Source: Paraspadella gotoi (lineage: Eukaryota > Animalia > Chaetognatha). Taken from it: a stretch of 64,000 nt of DNA. Below the pieces are notes generated by a model. It was not told the DNA's origin. It did no database searches and saw only the letters and a list, made by a program, of their open reading frames with translations. Made by a program: the position numbers and the translations under genes. Of this stretch, positions 52,166 through 64,000 are shown piece by piece. Each line of letters opens with the position of its first letter. Positions within the stretch are counted from its first letter, which is position 1. Location: contig CM119269.1 in NCBI GenBank assembly GCA_051294375.1, positions 22,555,808 to 22,619,807 on the forward strand, read 5' to 3'.

Positions 52166-54288
52166 ATGACTCGACGACCTCCTCCGGCGGAGATCACCTT
52201 CCGCAACATGAGGTTCCTCATCATAGACTGTCCGACTGACCGGACCTTGCCTCAGTTCATCGACGTGAGTTTCTCACTTTCAGTTTAGTTTATAAAAGTT
52301 TTAATTAAAAGAACTGGTTTTTTCCTTGCCTGGGAGCGTCATTGTCTACATTGTAGTTAAATCGAATATTATATCATTATTATTATCGATTTAAATAGAT
52401 TATTTAAATAGTAGATAATGGTAGAGATTTGCTTCGACCCGGGAAATCACTTTCCCCTTTTACACCAATGCACAACTTAACAAGCTCATTCAGAGATGTA
52501 TCATTGGTTTCAACTATCGAATCTCTTAAGGGTCAATGAGCTTAGATGACCACTTTGTCCTCACTTTAGTTTCCTCTTCCCCTCCGTCGCCCACCGGTCC
52601 TCCATAATTGCCCCGGACTTCCTTGCATGGCGACCCGTCACGTACTCCGCCTCCAAGGAAGGAAATACGGAGAGCTTGACCTTCCCTAATCCTTTTCCCT
52701 CTTTTCCGTATTTCGGTCAGGCTCTCAACAAAGCCAACGCTCAGGTGGTGGTACGCGTTTGCGAACCTACCTACGACACGGAGGTGTTGAAGAAAGAGGG
52801 CATCGTCGTTCTGGTAAGTTAATGGTGAAAATGAAAAGTTAAGAGAAGAGGTGAGAAGATAAGTGAGGGGTGGAGAGCTAGGATTAGCTCAAATGACATT
52901 AGAAAATATAAGATTATAGTAGATAAAGCTAATATAAATATGAAGATGAGATAGGGAAAAATAAGATTAGATAGGAAAAGCGAAGATGAAATTAGATGAC
53001 GAGGTTGTTTTTTTCTTCGTCCCACTTTTCATCCCCTTTTCTTCACACCTCCGAAAGATAAGAATTTTTGAAAATAAAAATTGATAAGGAGAAAACAAGA
53101 GAAATATTGATAAGGAAGCCAGGTACCGGCGTACTCGGAGTGAATGAACTAGACTGTGATAGTCTTGTTTGAAAGCTTGCGGGGTAATTATCTTGTAAGA
53201 TGTCCTAAGTATTTAATGAACTTAATTTGTATATTGTTTGTACGAAATTCATAAGGATAAGGGAGAGATTGTGGTAAACTTTTCATAGTTTATGACTTGG
53301 TACTTCTCCCTCCCCCCCACCTAAAAAAGGATTGGGCCTTCGACGACGGGATGGCCCCGCCGCAGCAAATCATCGACGACTGGTGCAACTTGCTCAAGTC
53401 GCGCTTCACCGAGGATCCCGGCTGCTGCGTGGCCGTCCACTGCGTCGCCGGGCTGGGGCGGGCGCCGGTGCTGGTCAGTCTGGCACTGATGGAGGCGGGG
53501 ATGAAGTGCGAAGACGCCGTCGCCTTTATTAGAGAGTGAGTATGAGTGTGGACTGTGGAGTATGGGACTGTGAATAATGGATAATATGGGATAGAATGAG
53601 ATTCCTCGGTCGGTTCTTATTAAGTTTACATTGAGATCTAGTGATTACAGAGGTTAAAATCGAGCATGTCACAAACCTCTCATTCTGTCAGCTTTCATAT
53701 ATATATCATGTATATTATCTATTTTATAAGTTACATAAATTATATATAATCAAACAGTAAAACGGTCAAAGAGTAAAATATAATTTAAATAACTAACCGA
53801 CCAACAACAGTTCTTCTTTAGCGCTACTAAAACTAATTTTTTTTGGTTGTGGTAATAAATGCGTTTTTATTAAGTTTATTCCTTTTGATTTATAAATTAT
53901 TTATTAGTCATTAGGGTATGAGAGATAGATTCTTAGAATAATACTACATGAGATTGAATTCATAAATCTCATTTACATATGGTAGTAAATTATTTTAATA
54001 TATTAAGTGTTGAAGCTTTGTAATTATGTCCCTATTTGTCTTTAGTTATTTAGATGTGGTTATAAATATTTATTAAATCAGAAAGGCAGAGCGAGCACTA
54101 ACGCTGAAGATTCAAAAATATGAAGAAAAAATAATAAATTGAATTCTTAACCCGAGTTCCACTCTTATATATTTATTTATATCTACAGGAAGAGACGCGG
54201 CGCCATCAACCAGAAGCAGTTGAACTTTTTGACGAACTACAAACCGCGATCTCGACTGCGGATGAAGAATGGCTGCGTCCTCATGTGA
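52166..54288 (+). CDS. PRL-1: Phosphatase of regenerating liver (PRL/PTP4A family)
   Basis: [68 protein letters not shown]. Confidence 0.97.
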
Positions 54289-55628
54289 AGAGAAGAAAAA
54301 ACTCTCTAGACTAAAAAACTTATTTTTTCTCTCTTACAACCGGATTATCATTTCTTTTTTTTTCCTTTTTCTTCATCAGAGTCCACAAACCTTTTTTTTT
54401 TTGCGAAAATGCCTTTATATATATGAAAAAAAAAAATTCCCTTCCGTAGATTTTTTTTTTACAGATAGTTAGTTTTTTTTTTATAAATATAAGACCAGTC
54501 CCCTATATCTTGTATTGAGATGGCATAATGTTTCTAATTTTTGGTTTCTTGGTTGAGCTTGAAAAAGTCGGTTCCCGCTGTGGTGGATTCGTGGCTCGGC
54601 ACCGAAATCCCCTAAATCGGAGGAAGCACGTGTGCCCCACTGTACTCCCGTTGTAGTTCGGTCTTTTAGATTGGTTCAGTTCAATTACAGTAGGGTCGGA
54701 TAGTAATAACACGTAACACTTGTAAAATAATTTAAAAAAAAAAATCTGATTGATGGTCATATTAATAACTACGAATTCTTAAATGTATTCATTTGAATTT
54801 TTTTTCCATCCCCCCGTTTTTTTTTTCTTTTTCAAATAAAAATGCAAATAGAAGAAAATGGTTGTACACTGTGTAAAAGTCAGTGCGATATAGTTTTAAC
54901 GAAACCTAATATATTTTTTCTCGTCTCCATCGCTTTTCCACATTTAATTCCATCAAAAGTTTCTTTTTCTTCTCTGGATGTCAAAAAATCTTCTTTTAAT
55001 TTTTTTTCGCTTGTCAAGAAAACTTTCCCCTTCGCTCTGCCTCCCTCTTTCTTCCCTCGTAGCAAAAATTCTTCTCTCGGGACTCCGCGTCCCTTTGCTC
55101 CTTCGAAAGATCTGGTTCAACTTTCTTTTTCCACGCTCATCTTCTTATCAAGTACTTTTAAAAATTACTAAATTGTCAGCAGTCAAAAAAATTATTTTAA
55201 AATGAAATAAGCCGTTGTATATGAATTTAGGTTTCGCGTCAAAGATGCAAAAGTCTATTATTAATTGTAAATACGATTACGAAAAAGAAAAGACGGCATA
55301 AAAAAAATAATTTCCGGAACTCCCTTTTTTTAGAATTAGTGTAATAACAATGTCTTTGTTGATTCTGCTTTCTTGACCAGTTATCAAGATGTTAAATATC
55401 AATGTTAATTTTAAGTATACGTCGCCCTTTCTAAACCATTTCTTATTTCGAGTTAATCCATTGTTTAAGTTAACCTAGAGTGACTTTCCTATAGCTATCT
55501 TCTCTCTCTCTCTCTCCCAAATTACTACGTATTAAAGCATTAAATTTAATTATATTTTAAATAATGAAGATATTTGAGAAACCATGCGGGAATACTGTGT
55601 GAGGTGCGAGTTAAATGGGAGTTTATAA

Positions 55629-58600
55629 TCAGTTGTACAACTGATTCTTGAGCGCATTGAGATACAACGTGTGCTCCTTTTCGGCTTTGACCTTAGCTGC
55701 GAGTTCGTCTCTCGCGATCCTGGATTCGATCGCCTTCCAGTGACGCGTCGTTCGATCTTCTCTTATTTTCTATTTAGATGAAAAAGAAAATGTAAATCCT
55801 CTATTTTTCTTTTTTGCTTAAACCTATGTCTTCTCCTTTCATTTTCCCCCATCTCTGCCGGTCCGTTTCCTTGGATTTACGCCATCTCTACCTGCCTTTT
55901 TTTTTCTCATTTTCCACCATCTCTGCTCGTCCTTTTCTCTATGACTTTTTTATGTTTTACCAGCTCTGCCAGTCCTTTTCCTTTGATTTCCGCCATCTCT
56001 GCCTGCGTGGTCTTTTCTACAAGGCCACAAGCCTTTATTTTCCACCATCTCTACTTCCTTATTTTCTACCTTTTTTTCTTACCTTAATTTTAACCATCTC
56101 TGCTCATTTATTCCCATCAATTTTCACCATCTCTTTATTCTCCGCCATCTCTACCTGCCTTCTCTCCTTGCTTTCGAGTATCGTTTGTCTCTTCAGCCTC
56201 ATGAGATCCATCTCCTTTTCCAATCGGTCTTGAACGGATTTTCTCGCGACCTGAACCAATTAACGATTGCGGGAAGTGACCTTAATCATTCATCATTCAT
56301 TGTGATCTTCATCCTCATTTTTTCTCACCTGAACTGAATCGATGGGTTTTTCGCACCGGAAAATCGAGCCCGATTTTCCGGAATCCCCGGCGCCGATCTC
56401 GATGCCTTCTCGCGATTTGACGCGGTCGTTGGCGTTGCGGCCAAAGTTGGGACCCACGATCAAACGTCTTGAAGAAAAGACAATATTAAAATAATCACCC
56501 ATAAACGATGAAACGCCCATAAACAAAACCACAAAACATTTGTAGCAGAATAATTTGTGGTTCATTTCAAATGGGATTGAGTTCTTCAATCTCATTTATC
56601 ATTTCTCATATCTTTTGATACGGTTTTCATACTATCTAGGAAAAAAGTATATCACATTTTTAATAAAGGATGTTTACTCGAAAACTTATGTGATTTAAAA
56701 AAAATCAGAATGTTTCCGAATCTATATTAAATTTTTTTTTAGTAGCTTCCTTTTATTTTTTTTTTTTTGGTCAAATTGTTTAGAAGTTACAGGCAAAAAA
56801 AATGTATTACTTTAAATAAATATAGTGAAAAAAATCATTTAGTTTTTTACCATTTTTTATTTTTAATAATTTTTTATTTTAAATAGTTATTTTTTTAATT
56901 TCTTTTAAATTTAACAATGTTAAAAGCCTTGCACCACTTTTTGGTTTAAAAAAATGCTATTATAAATTTTATTTTAAAAAAGAAGGAAATATGCGTAATA
57001 TTAATATTGGGGAAGAAAAGAATTGCATTAAATATGTGGAAAAACATTTCACTGTCATACCTCAATTTTATGTATGAGAGCATACCCAGACAAATGAAGG
57101 CAGTAATTGATGTCAAGGAAGGGTATACCAACTACTAAGAATGATTTACCTATATTTTGTATACATTTTATTGAATAAATGAATTGTGTGATATACTTTT
57201 TTTTCCAGATAGTAGTCGTATTTTAAATCAGACATTTTCACCACAATCTACTGAATTATCCATAATTACAGACCCGTTATGAGCGGCGCCGCGACGCCGT
57301 CGCTGTTCGCCGCTCGCCAAATCCGGCGCCATCGACGCCGCCATTTTCTTTCCTTCCCAATCGATGTCTGAGCGAGAATGATCGACGGGGCCTTCGTAGT
57401 GCGAGTCGCTCCAGTCAACTGGGGAAACGGAACATGATGACAATAAATGATATTAATAATTTATGGAAACTTTGGGGATTGCCTTTGATAACCAGGTCGC
57501 AGGGGGTATATCACCGACTCTCGTATGGGCTGCGGACCCTCGGTGGCCACCCTGGCACGACGAAATGTGGCATTTGTGATTGTGACCATTAAACCAAATA
57601 AAAGAATGAATGGATTTAATGAAACGACTCACGTATTCCCCTCGAGTTGATCTTGAAGAGCGGTTCCCTGAGTTCGATGGAATCGCCGACGTCGGGATCC
57701 TTGAAGGCGTCGTGGGAGTTGGGAGCAATGAGGGGCGGGATCTTGTCGCGGGCCGAGTAACGCCAACGAGGACGATCGTCGTCGAGTTCGTAGTCGTCGT
57801 CGTCGTCGTCGTCGGCCGCGAAGATCGAGTCGTCGTCTCCCGACTCCTTCGTCGATGCCTGTAGTCGGCGATGGGCTGGAGGAGGAAGAGGATTAACTTT
57901 TGTGCTATAGGATAAGTTAATGCGTTCGTCCATTATGAGAAATCTCTGGGTACCACTCGATTGGTAGTGGCCAACAACATCTCATCTCGAGACACGAAAT
58001 GCTTAAATTGAAGTCATTCTATCAGTTTCCGAAATTCTGTTAAGTTTCCTCCCGCGAATCTCCCTTAATCTCTGACCCCTTTTAATCTAATCCGTTGATT
58101 CTAAAATTCGCCTCCTTTCTTTCTCCCAAATGTCGATCTGGGTTAGTTCTACTTTCGCCGACCGGGGTGGGGGGGGGTTAGGGTATGGGGTGGTTAGGGT
58201 TGAAGTATTTTTAAGTGTTTTTTCAAAAGACGCCAAAACCCCGATCGGCGAATGTTAAATTTTGCCGTCGATCCTTCTCGTCAACCAACCAACCTCTCCT
58301 CTCCCGAGTCAACTTTTCCGGCGACCCCTCGCTCCGGCTCGAGAAGCCCGAGTCCCTGGTCGGCCGACTTCCGCCTCCGCTGTCTGGTCTCTCGGGCGAA
58401 GAAGTTCGACTCCTTGATTTAGGGCGGGAGGGGCGAACGTTTCCATCCGAGAGACGAACCTATAAACAAGGACTCTAGTAGCGGTGGTTGTCTCTTCTTT
58501 GCAAACTTGATGCCGCGGAAAAGTTAGGAGATACATTTTGCAATACCATCAATACAATACCAGAACACAACTGACTTCTATTTGGATCAACTTTTTATTT

Positions 58601-61600
58601 AAGCCAGAAGTTATATAGTGAAATACCATACAATACAATTTCAAAACTGACATCCAAGTCAGGAGATACACATCAAAAATATCAAAATACGATACAATAC
58701 AATACGAGAGCACAACTGACTATTTGGGATAACTTGTTAAGTCAGAAGTTAATTATTAAAATTACTATGAAAATTGCCAAATTACTTGTTTCACTATTTT
58801 CTATTTTTATATTTTATGAAGGATTTAGTATTTAATCTTATTTTAATCAAACATATATTGCTTTCTTTCTTAAAAATGTTTTATTTATCTAATAATTCAA
58901 TTTGGAAGGGGAAGTCAGTGTTGTCTTCTGGAAATAGAGGGGAGCATCTATACAACACAAGGTTAGATTACTATCTGTCCTAGTTTTCTAATAGATATCA
59001 CACATCATTTCTGTTAGAAAAGTCATTAATAAAAATCATAATATCTAAGAGGCTGAACAGAAAGGGGTGGGAATGGATAATTTTTTAGGGGTTACCAAAG
59101 TTATTATATTTTTTTTACCAATAGGGATAAGACTACCATGTAGAATTGTATGTTCTGATAGGGATACATACCGGGGAAAGGTCTATAGGGGCACCTTTAT
59201 GTCATGAAATAATTTTAAAATTATTATTTTTTCTTTATTCTACTTTTTAATTATTCTTTTTTTGAATATTTTTAATCTTTATTTTATACAATGGGAAGGT
59301 CATCAGTTGGGAACCTATACCCTTCATGGATTTCGGCTCTTTAATTCCAATATCCAGGTATAGGCGAGCCATCACCAAATGGTGATCCTTCATTGTTGCT
59401 TATCTTATATTTTTAAATGTATATCTTGAATGTTTATCTGAAACAGACCAAAGCCCTGGGCTTCACACATCATTAATTTTAGAGAAATTTTATTAAGCGT
59501 TTGTAATAATTTGTAATTTGGTAAAAATAAAATAAGTTAAATAATTATTAATAATAAGTTAATAATCTAAGGCTATGTTAATGTAAAGTTAACATTAAGT
59601 TAATACAATTTCAAAACTGACCTATATTTGGGTCAACCTCTTTATCAACCCCGTTTATAGAAGGTTTTGTAGCGTTTGTAAAGGACTACTTTTCATGTGA
59701 TTCGCCATTTAAATGTCTTCACCCCAACTTACCTCATCTCCGATTCTCTTTGCCAAATCTCTAATTTCCCTCTTTTCTTCCTCCGCCGAATTTTCTTTCT
59801 CCACCGCCGCGGATGAGACGGAGAATTCTTTTCGCTGCGGAAGATGAAGTCGGCGAAATCCGGGGAGGAAAGACTACGATACCAAGAGACGGTCCATTTA
59901 TGAAAACAAATTTTAATAACTTATTTATTTAAAAATAAAAAAAAAAACTCGCCTTGCTCTTTCTCGCGTTGTCGTCTTCCAAAAGCATCTTGTGATAGAG
60001 AAGTTGCTGCATCACTTTTTCGTTCACCTCGGATTTCTCACCTTTTTATTTAAAAAAAAAGTCACTTTTTGAGAAAACTTCGACCAAAAGAAATTGGAAA
60101 AACATAAGAAAAAAGTTGTTTTGTTCTTTTCTGAGACAAAATAAATATTGTCGTCCTTGAGCGTGTGGGAGTGTGTCTCTCTCTCTCTCTTTCTGACTCA
60201 CACCCACCATTCACCCCGTTGTCGGGGGCGACCATCCTCTCGATGTCGTCACCCCTGGCGGAGTGGACGACGGGGTTGTCCTGATTGTACTTGTACATGA
60301 TGGGGTGGATAGGGACGTAGGGGTGAGGATAGACTGGGGCGAGGGGGTAGAAGGGCGGAGTCGGGTAGGCGTAGGGCAGAAGGCAAGAGTTGGGATGGAT
60401 CTTGGAGAATTCGTACTCGGGCGGGTCAGCTTGAGGGCCTGGAATGGAGTTTATGATATCATGAGGTTGATTATTTGATCAACTTGAGATGATAAACATT
60501 TGTAACGTCAACAACGATAGGAGTTAGTAAACTAGAATGTGGGAAAGTTTTGATTGATAGTTTTTAGGGTCCTGTTCTCTTATAATCTTGTAAAAGAAAT
60601 GGAGGCCTTAAACCACCATAGATGTTAGCATATCCATTGACCAAGGTCATTAAACAAGATAGCTTATTTAATGAACGGATAATTATTATATAAGTTGTAC
60701 CAGTTTAGTAAAGAAATTCTATCCTTTTTAATGGCTGATAGAGCGAGTTAAAAAAGTTACAGAAGTCATCTTCAGCCCACTTAAAGCGTCTTATCCACAG
60801 CATAGTCAAATAATTTAATGAAACAAACTCCTTACCCGATGTTGGATACCCCGCCATCGACTTGACGGGATATCTCGCTTCTCTTTCCAAATCTCTCCTG
60901 GCTTCCTTCGGCATGTTGAGCTCCAGCGAGACTCGATCGTGAAGAGCGAGTGGAATCCAGACGCTTTTACCGGCGCCCACTTTTTCCGTTCGTCCATTGG
61001 TGAAGGCGATGGTGAGATCGTTGTCAGTGGAGGATCCTGTGAAGATACAATTGGAAGGTTGTGAAAGGGGTCTCTCCATTTTGTGAATACCTAGTGATTT
61101 GGCGTGATTTGTCGGTTGTAGAACAATTAAAAAAATGTTTTGAAACTTTTTCCTTTTAATAAATTGAATATAATCAAAATGTCTACACAGTCTTCCTGTA
61201 CGTTAACTTAACTTTTTTGTGGTCAACAATTTTAGTGAATATTTCAATTAAAACACAAGTTTACCCGAGCCGAATCGTTTCTCGACGCCCTCCAAAACGA
61301 CCCCTGGGGAATAAATCTGTCCCCCGGGGTCGATGGGGGCCAAGACTTTGTCCCCGGGGATGATCGAGTGACGGAGAGCGTCGTCGAGGTGGATGATGTC
61401 GTGGACGAGCGTCTCCTGGAATTTAATAAGTGTTAATCAGTATTTTTAACAATTTATTTAATAGTTGGAAAAATGTCTCGCCTGATAACTGGTCAGCGTG
61501 AACTTGCCCCGATCGCAGGGGCCAAACTCAACGAGGAACTTGTCGTGCACGATCTGTGACTTGATAGTTCCGTGGTAGAAGAGGCCGTCGGCGTGACGCC

Positions 61601-63887
61601 GGGCCAGGACTCTGCGCCCGACAAGCAGGGTGCCCGCCGCCGGGGAGATCGGGATTCGAGGCCAGAAGAGGGCCCGCTCGGGCGAGGCGTACTGAACGGG
61701 TCGCAGTCTTGGAAGCGGATGAAAGAATTAGCTTAAATAATTAGCATAAATAGTTACTAATTTGTCCTTTTTGAAGGTGTGAAAAAGGTGGGTATGTTAA
61801 ACAATAAACATACCTGGACCATCCGAGCGGCAACGCTCCAATCAGGTTTCCTCGCTGAGCGGGCCAAAGCATACAGGGTCTTCCGGCCATGAGAATTTCT
61901 TCTCCTGTTTCAAATAACGATGGGATAATAAAATTGTAAGTTTTCAACTTTTCAACCAAAAAAATATAAATATTATCGAGTCAAAAGCGTGGCTTTCTCT
62001 TGAAACTTACCCAGAGTGTGCGGAATGCTGTTTATAGTCGCGTCAACCGTGCAAGTCTTGTCGCTCTGAGTTATTGGTTGCTTGGGCAGGAGGGAGTTGG
62101 CCTGTCCGTACTTGGATTCGTACACGGGCGTGATCCGTTCCACGTGTCCGTGCTGCGTGATTTTGACAACGCGAAATGTCCCGCGCGTCTCGAAGGCGAG
62201 TTGGTGCAAGAAGGTCGTCGCGATCTGCAGGGAATTGTTGACAGTGAAGAGACAGTTCACCCTAACAGTTTATTCAACTTTTTCAATAAAATTTCATTTC
62301 GTAATGCTACGTCATTCGTCTTGTTTTAATCAAGTATTCATAAATTCCTAATCTATATGTAACTTTAAAGGATTAACATGTTATTTTATAGTAGTTTCAA
62401 TTTAGGTTTAATAAGCAGTTAAATATTATATTATTTAATAATTAAAATACTTAAGTCCTTGGACAAGGGACATTCTTTTTACCGATGTTAAATGATAAAA
62501 ATAATCCCTCTTACATTTACATTTACTCTTAAATTGGAAAGGCTCGTAAATAAGGACCGTGACTCACGGTGTCCGTTTCAGTGTGCGCGATGTAGATGGC
62601 GTGAATGGGACGCCCCTGTCCGGCGAAGCTCACGTGATCCAAGATCTCCTCTGGCCTCTGATCCGGGAGTCCGTCCGTGACGAGGACGACGGCGTCGCAG
62701 CCCGGGTCGCCAAGTGCAGCGAGGAGAGCGTCCAACGTGTTGGTGCCTGAATGTTGATGTATTTACCTTCAATTTCGTGTCAGTTAAAGGCTTGTTTCTA
62801 CCATAGAAATTGTAGATGGCGCTTGTACAAATTGGTTTGCTACATTATATGATTACTGATTGATTAGTTGGGTTAATTTTACTTTCGCTGACCTGGGTTA
62901 GAGATTAAGGGTGAGGGGTTAGGGGTGGTTAGGGTTAAAAGAGTTAAGAAAACGTATATTTGCAATTCATAATGCATCCACGTTTGACAGATTCCTATGA
63001 TAAAAATGTAGAGAAGCCACTAAGTGACTTTTAAATAAATTATTAATAATTTTTTTTTTAAATATTTTTTAAAAAAGCAAAATTTAGCCATCAAGTTAAT
63101 ATGTCCATTAAATTATGAATGATTTAGCTACTGGTCAAACCACAAACAAACCTAAACAGTTAGCAACGTAAAATAAATAATCTACTGGATACCTAAACTT
63201 AATTCGACAATATGCAAATGAGACTGATGAATAATTTCATTTAAAAATGAATCAAAAATTATTTTGGTCTAGTTTGGCTTGACCTGTCTTTGGCGTGAGA
63301 TTCCTGATCCATGATTCCGCCGCCTTCACTGCAGCCGAGGTGCACTTGACCAATCTGTCCGTCCACTGAGTCACTCTGGTCGAGAATTCGATGATATTGA
63401 AGCGGGAGTCGGGGTAGAGCTGAGATTGAGCTTGAAGGGCCTGTGGTTACAAAGTTTGGGGGGGGGTAAAGCTAATTCATTCGATTGGAAAAGAATTTTA
63501 ACATTCTTAAAAATTAATATGTATTGGTAATTTGGTACAACCAATATAAAGTTATCCATTCATTTAATAAATAGGCGATGTTTTTCCTGACTTTAGACAG
63601 ACTATGTTGGCTTTCATCACCCTTACAAGATAATATTATAGGAAGCGTTCAATCAAGACTCTCTCACAGTCTCGTTTATTCACTCCCAGAGTACCTGGCT
63701 TTCCTATCAATGAAGTGGTATAATATTTCAAATAAATTTTCAATTGTATAAAGGAGCAGGATTTACGTACCTCGATTAAATGTTGTTTAATCGTGGGCAA
63801 AGCGTTGTACATTGATCCCGAGGTATCAATGACGAAAACCACATTTTTAGAAGTGACGTCGCCGAAAATCGTGGGCACGATTCGCAT
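55629..63887 (-). CDS. VWA-domain protein with DUF4537/C11orf16-like region (VWA3B-like), multi-exon; true start may lie outside the window
   Basis: KNVVFVIDTSGSM (MIDAS), AVVLVTDGLPDQ, LAFETRGTF, VLARRHADGLFYHGTIKSQ, IPGDKVLAP; exons traced to a TGA at 55629-55631. Confidence 0.7.
63520..63750 (-). mobile_element. Dispersed repeat family A copy
   Basis: Same [28 protein letters not shown] string appears in the ORF track at both 10144 and 63636. Confidence 0.88.
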
Positions 63888-64000
63888 TTTCAATTAACAT
63901 TAATCAAAATTATAATTTAATACAAACTTTATTCTGTTCTACCGTTTAAAATTTAAGTTTACAGAAATACTCTCGCGAGTTCCAAGTTTTGTGTTTGAAA

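Noticed and set aside
58165-62940. TTAGGG-containing G-rich patches at ~58177 and ~62915 as interstitial telomeres
   Set aside because: Only two non-tandem units each

Overview
Compact, gene-dense eukaryotic (invertebrate animal-like) genomic DNA with GC/CpG-rich exons and short AT-rich introns; the taxon cannot be named from sequence alone. I assembled 13 spliced protein-coding genes by eye. Ten consecutive housekeeping genes lie on the + strand: Elongin A, MAT1, B3GLCT, HPS5, citrate synthase, JMJD6, DNAJC8, Rab18, mitochondrial aconitase and SmF. These are followed by a neprilysin-like M13 peptidase (-), the PRL/PTP4A phosphatase (+) and a VWA/DUF4537-like gene (-). The best candidate for a hidden system is a 49-codon upstream ORF split over three exons in the PRL 5' leader, followed by about 850 nt of apparently ATG-free leader; it is a candidate counterpart of the vertebrate Mg2+-sensing PRL uORF. 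Other notable items: JMJD6 with its own RS domain; a 614-bp foldback element whose 8-bp target-site duplication copies a splice donor; an octamer-bearing hairpin element in introns of 7 genes; introns built from decayed copies of adjacent exons; GC-AG introns and A-rich acceptors; and the operon-like run containing both citrate synthase and aconitase. All exon structures are manual and no searches were run.
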